Assembly (NCBI GenBank): GCA_018334075.1
Contig: JAGXSC010000008.1
Coordinates: 3,342 to 67,341 of the forward strand
Direction of reading: 5' to 3'
Length of the DNA stretch: 64,000 nt
Origin: Actinomycetota bacterium
Lineage (GTDB): Bacteria > Actinomycetota > Coriobacteriia > Anaerosomatales > UBA912
Under the pieces are notes generated by a model that saw only the letters and a list, made by a program, of their open reading frames with translations, did not search any database and had not been told where the DNA came from. The position numbers were made by a program, and so were the translations under genes. Of the stretch, positions 63,774 to 64,000 are shown piece after piece (within the stretch, counting starts at the first letter, position 1; each line of letters begins with the position of its first letter).

Positions 63774-64000
63774 GTGCCCGTCGCGATTCGGGTTACAGAA
63801 GAGTACCCAGAAGGAGCACTGGGTTTTCTTGCCCGGGTAAGATCGCTCCTCACTGGTATCGGTATTACCGCTAGGCGGGCGGCTCGCCCCGTCAAGACGA
63901 TAAGCTACCCCGCCGAGAAGCTTACACTCTCCGATCGCTGGCGCGGTCCTCTGTACTTGCGCGGGATACTCGGCAGGGAGGAGATACCGATCCTTCAGGC
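63774..64000 (+). CDS. nuoI: Complex I-like subunit I, N-terminal part (runs off the window)
   Basis: Open frame to the window end. ...GFLARVRSLLTGIGITARRAARPVKTISYPAEKLTLSDRWRGPLYL matches the NuoI N-terminal pattern (T..YP.EK....RFRG). The GTG 63774 start is tentative. Confidence 0.65.
   Translation, partial: MPVAIRVTEEYPEGALGFLARVRSLLTGIGITARRAARPVKTISYPAEKLTLSDRWRGPLYLRGILGREEIPILQ

Noticed and set aside
1-64000. Search for CRISPR arrays, rRNA genes, IS elements with terminal inverted repeats, and long tandem repeats
   Set aside because: By eye I saw no regularly spaced direct repeats, no rRNA-like conserved stretches, no transposase or integrase motifs, and no long duplicated segments. 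A proper repeat-finder or self-dot-plot would be needed to be certain.

Overview
Densely coding chromosomal window with about 80 supportable CDS and 5 tRNA genes. I found no rRNA, no CRISPR array and no intact mobile element. The backbone is housekeeping: dcd, lgt, pdxST-yebC-ruvCAB, folD, queH, ubiD-ubiA-ubiX, rnd, xseAB, acs, and the start of a nuo operon. The pdxST-yebC-ruvCAB order and the futalosine-type ubiD/A/X trio resemble Actinomycetota-like genomes, but that is inference only. Three regions stand out. (1) 25.9-35.7 kb is a self-contained sigma-54 signalling island. rpoN is translationally coupled to a histidine kinase and followed by an NtrC-type enhancer-binding protein. A textbook TGGCAC-N5-TTGCA promoter sits 20 nt after the regulator gene and faces an operon encoding a Zn-ribbon ORF, an HMA protein and CcdA. 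Next come a 1088-aa membrane HAMP-GAF-PP2C phosphatase and an unusual fused STAS/RsbW-kinase protein, with no sigma-70-family partner nearby. (2) 42.1-49.4 kb is an Mbh/Mrp-type membrane module in the order E-F-G-MbhD-B-C-D. It carries an extra 1009-aa tandem-fused antiporter-like subunit whose second module is degenerate, and it ends in a lipoprotein c-type cytochrome. (3) 60.2-64.0 kb is a nuo operon running nuoA-B-C-D-H-I with no nuoEFG, preceded by a perfect 19-bp inverted repeat. Smaller items: a CsoR/RcnR-family repressor with a palindromic operator controlling a CDF exporter; a membrane-anchored ferrochelatase-like protein that appears to lack the catalytic His; a Cys-rich mini-protein coupled to an Fe-S HhH-GPD glycosylase-like gene; two ORF-poor structured intergenic regions; and a degraded region next to a tRNA-Val. 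All calls come from reading the translations and DNA by eye. No database search was run.
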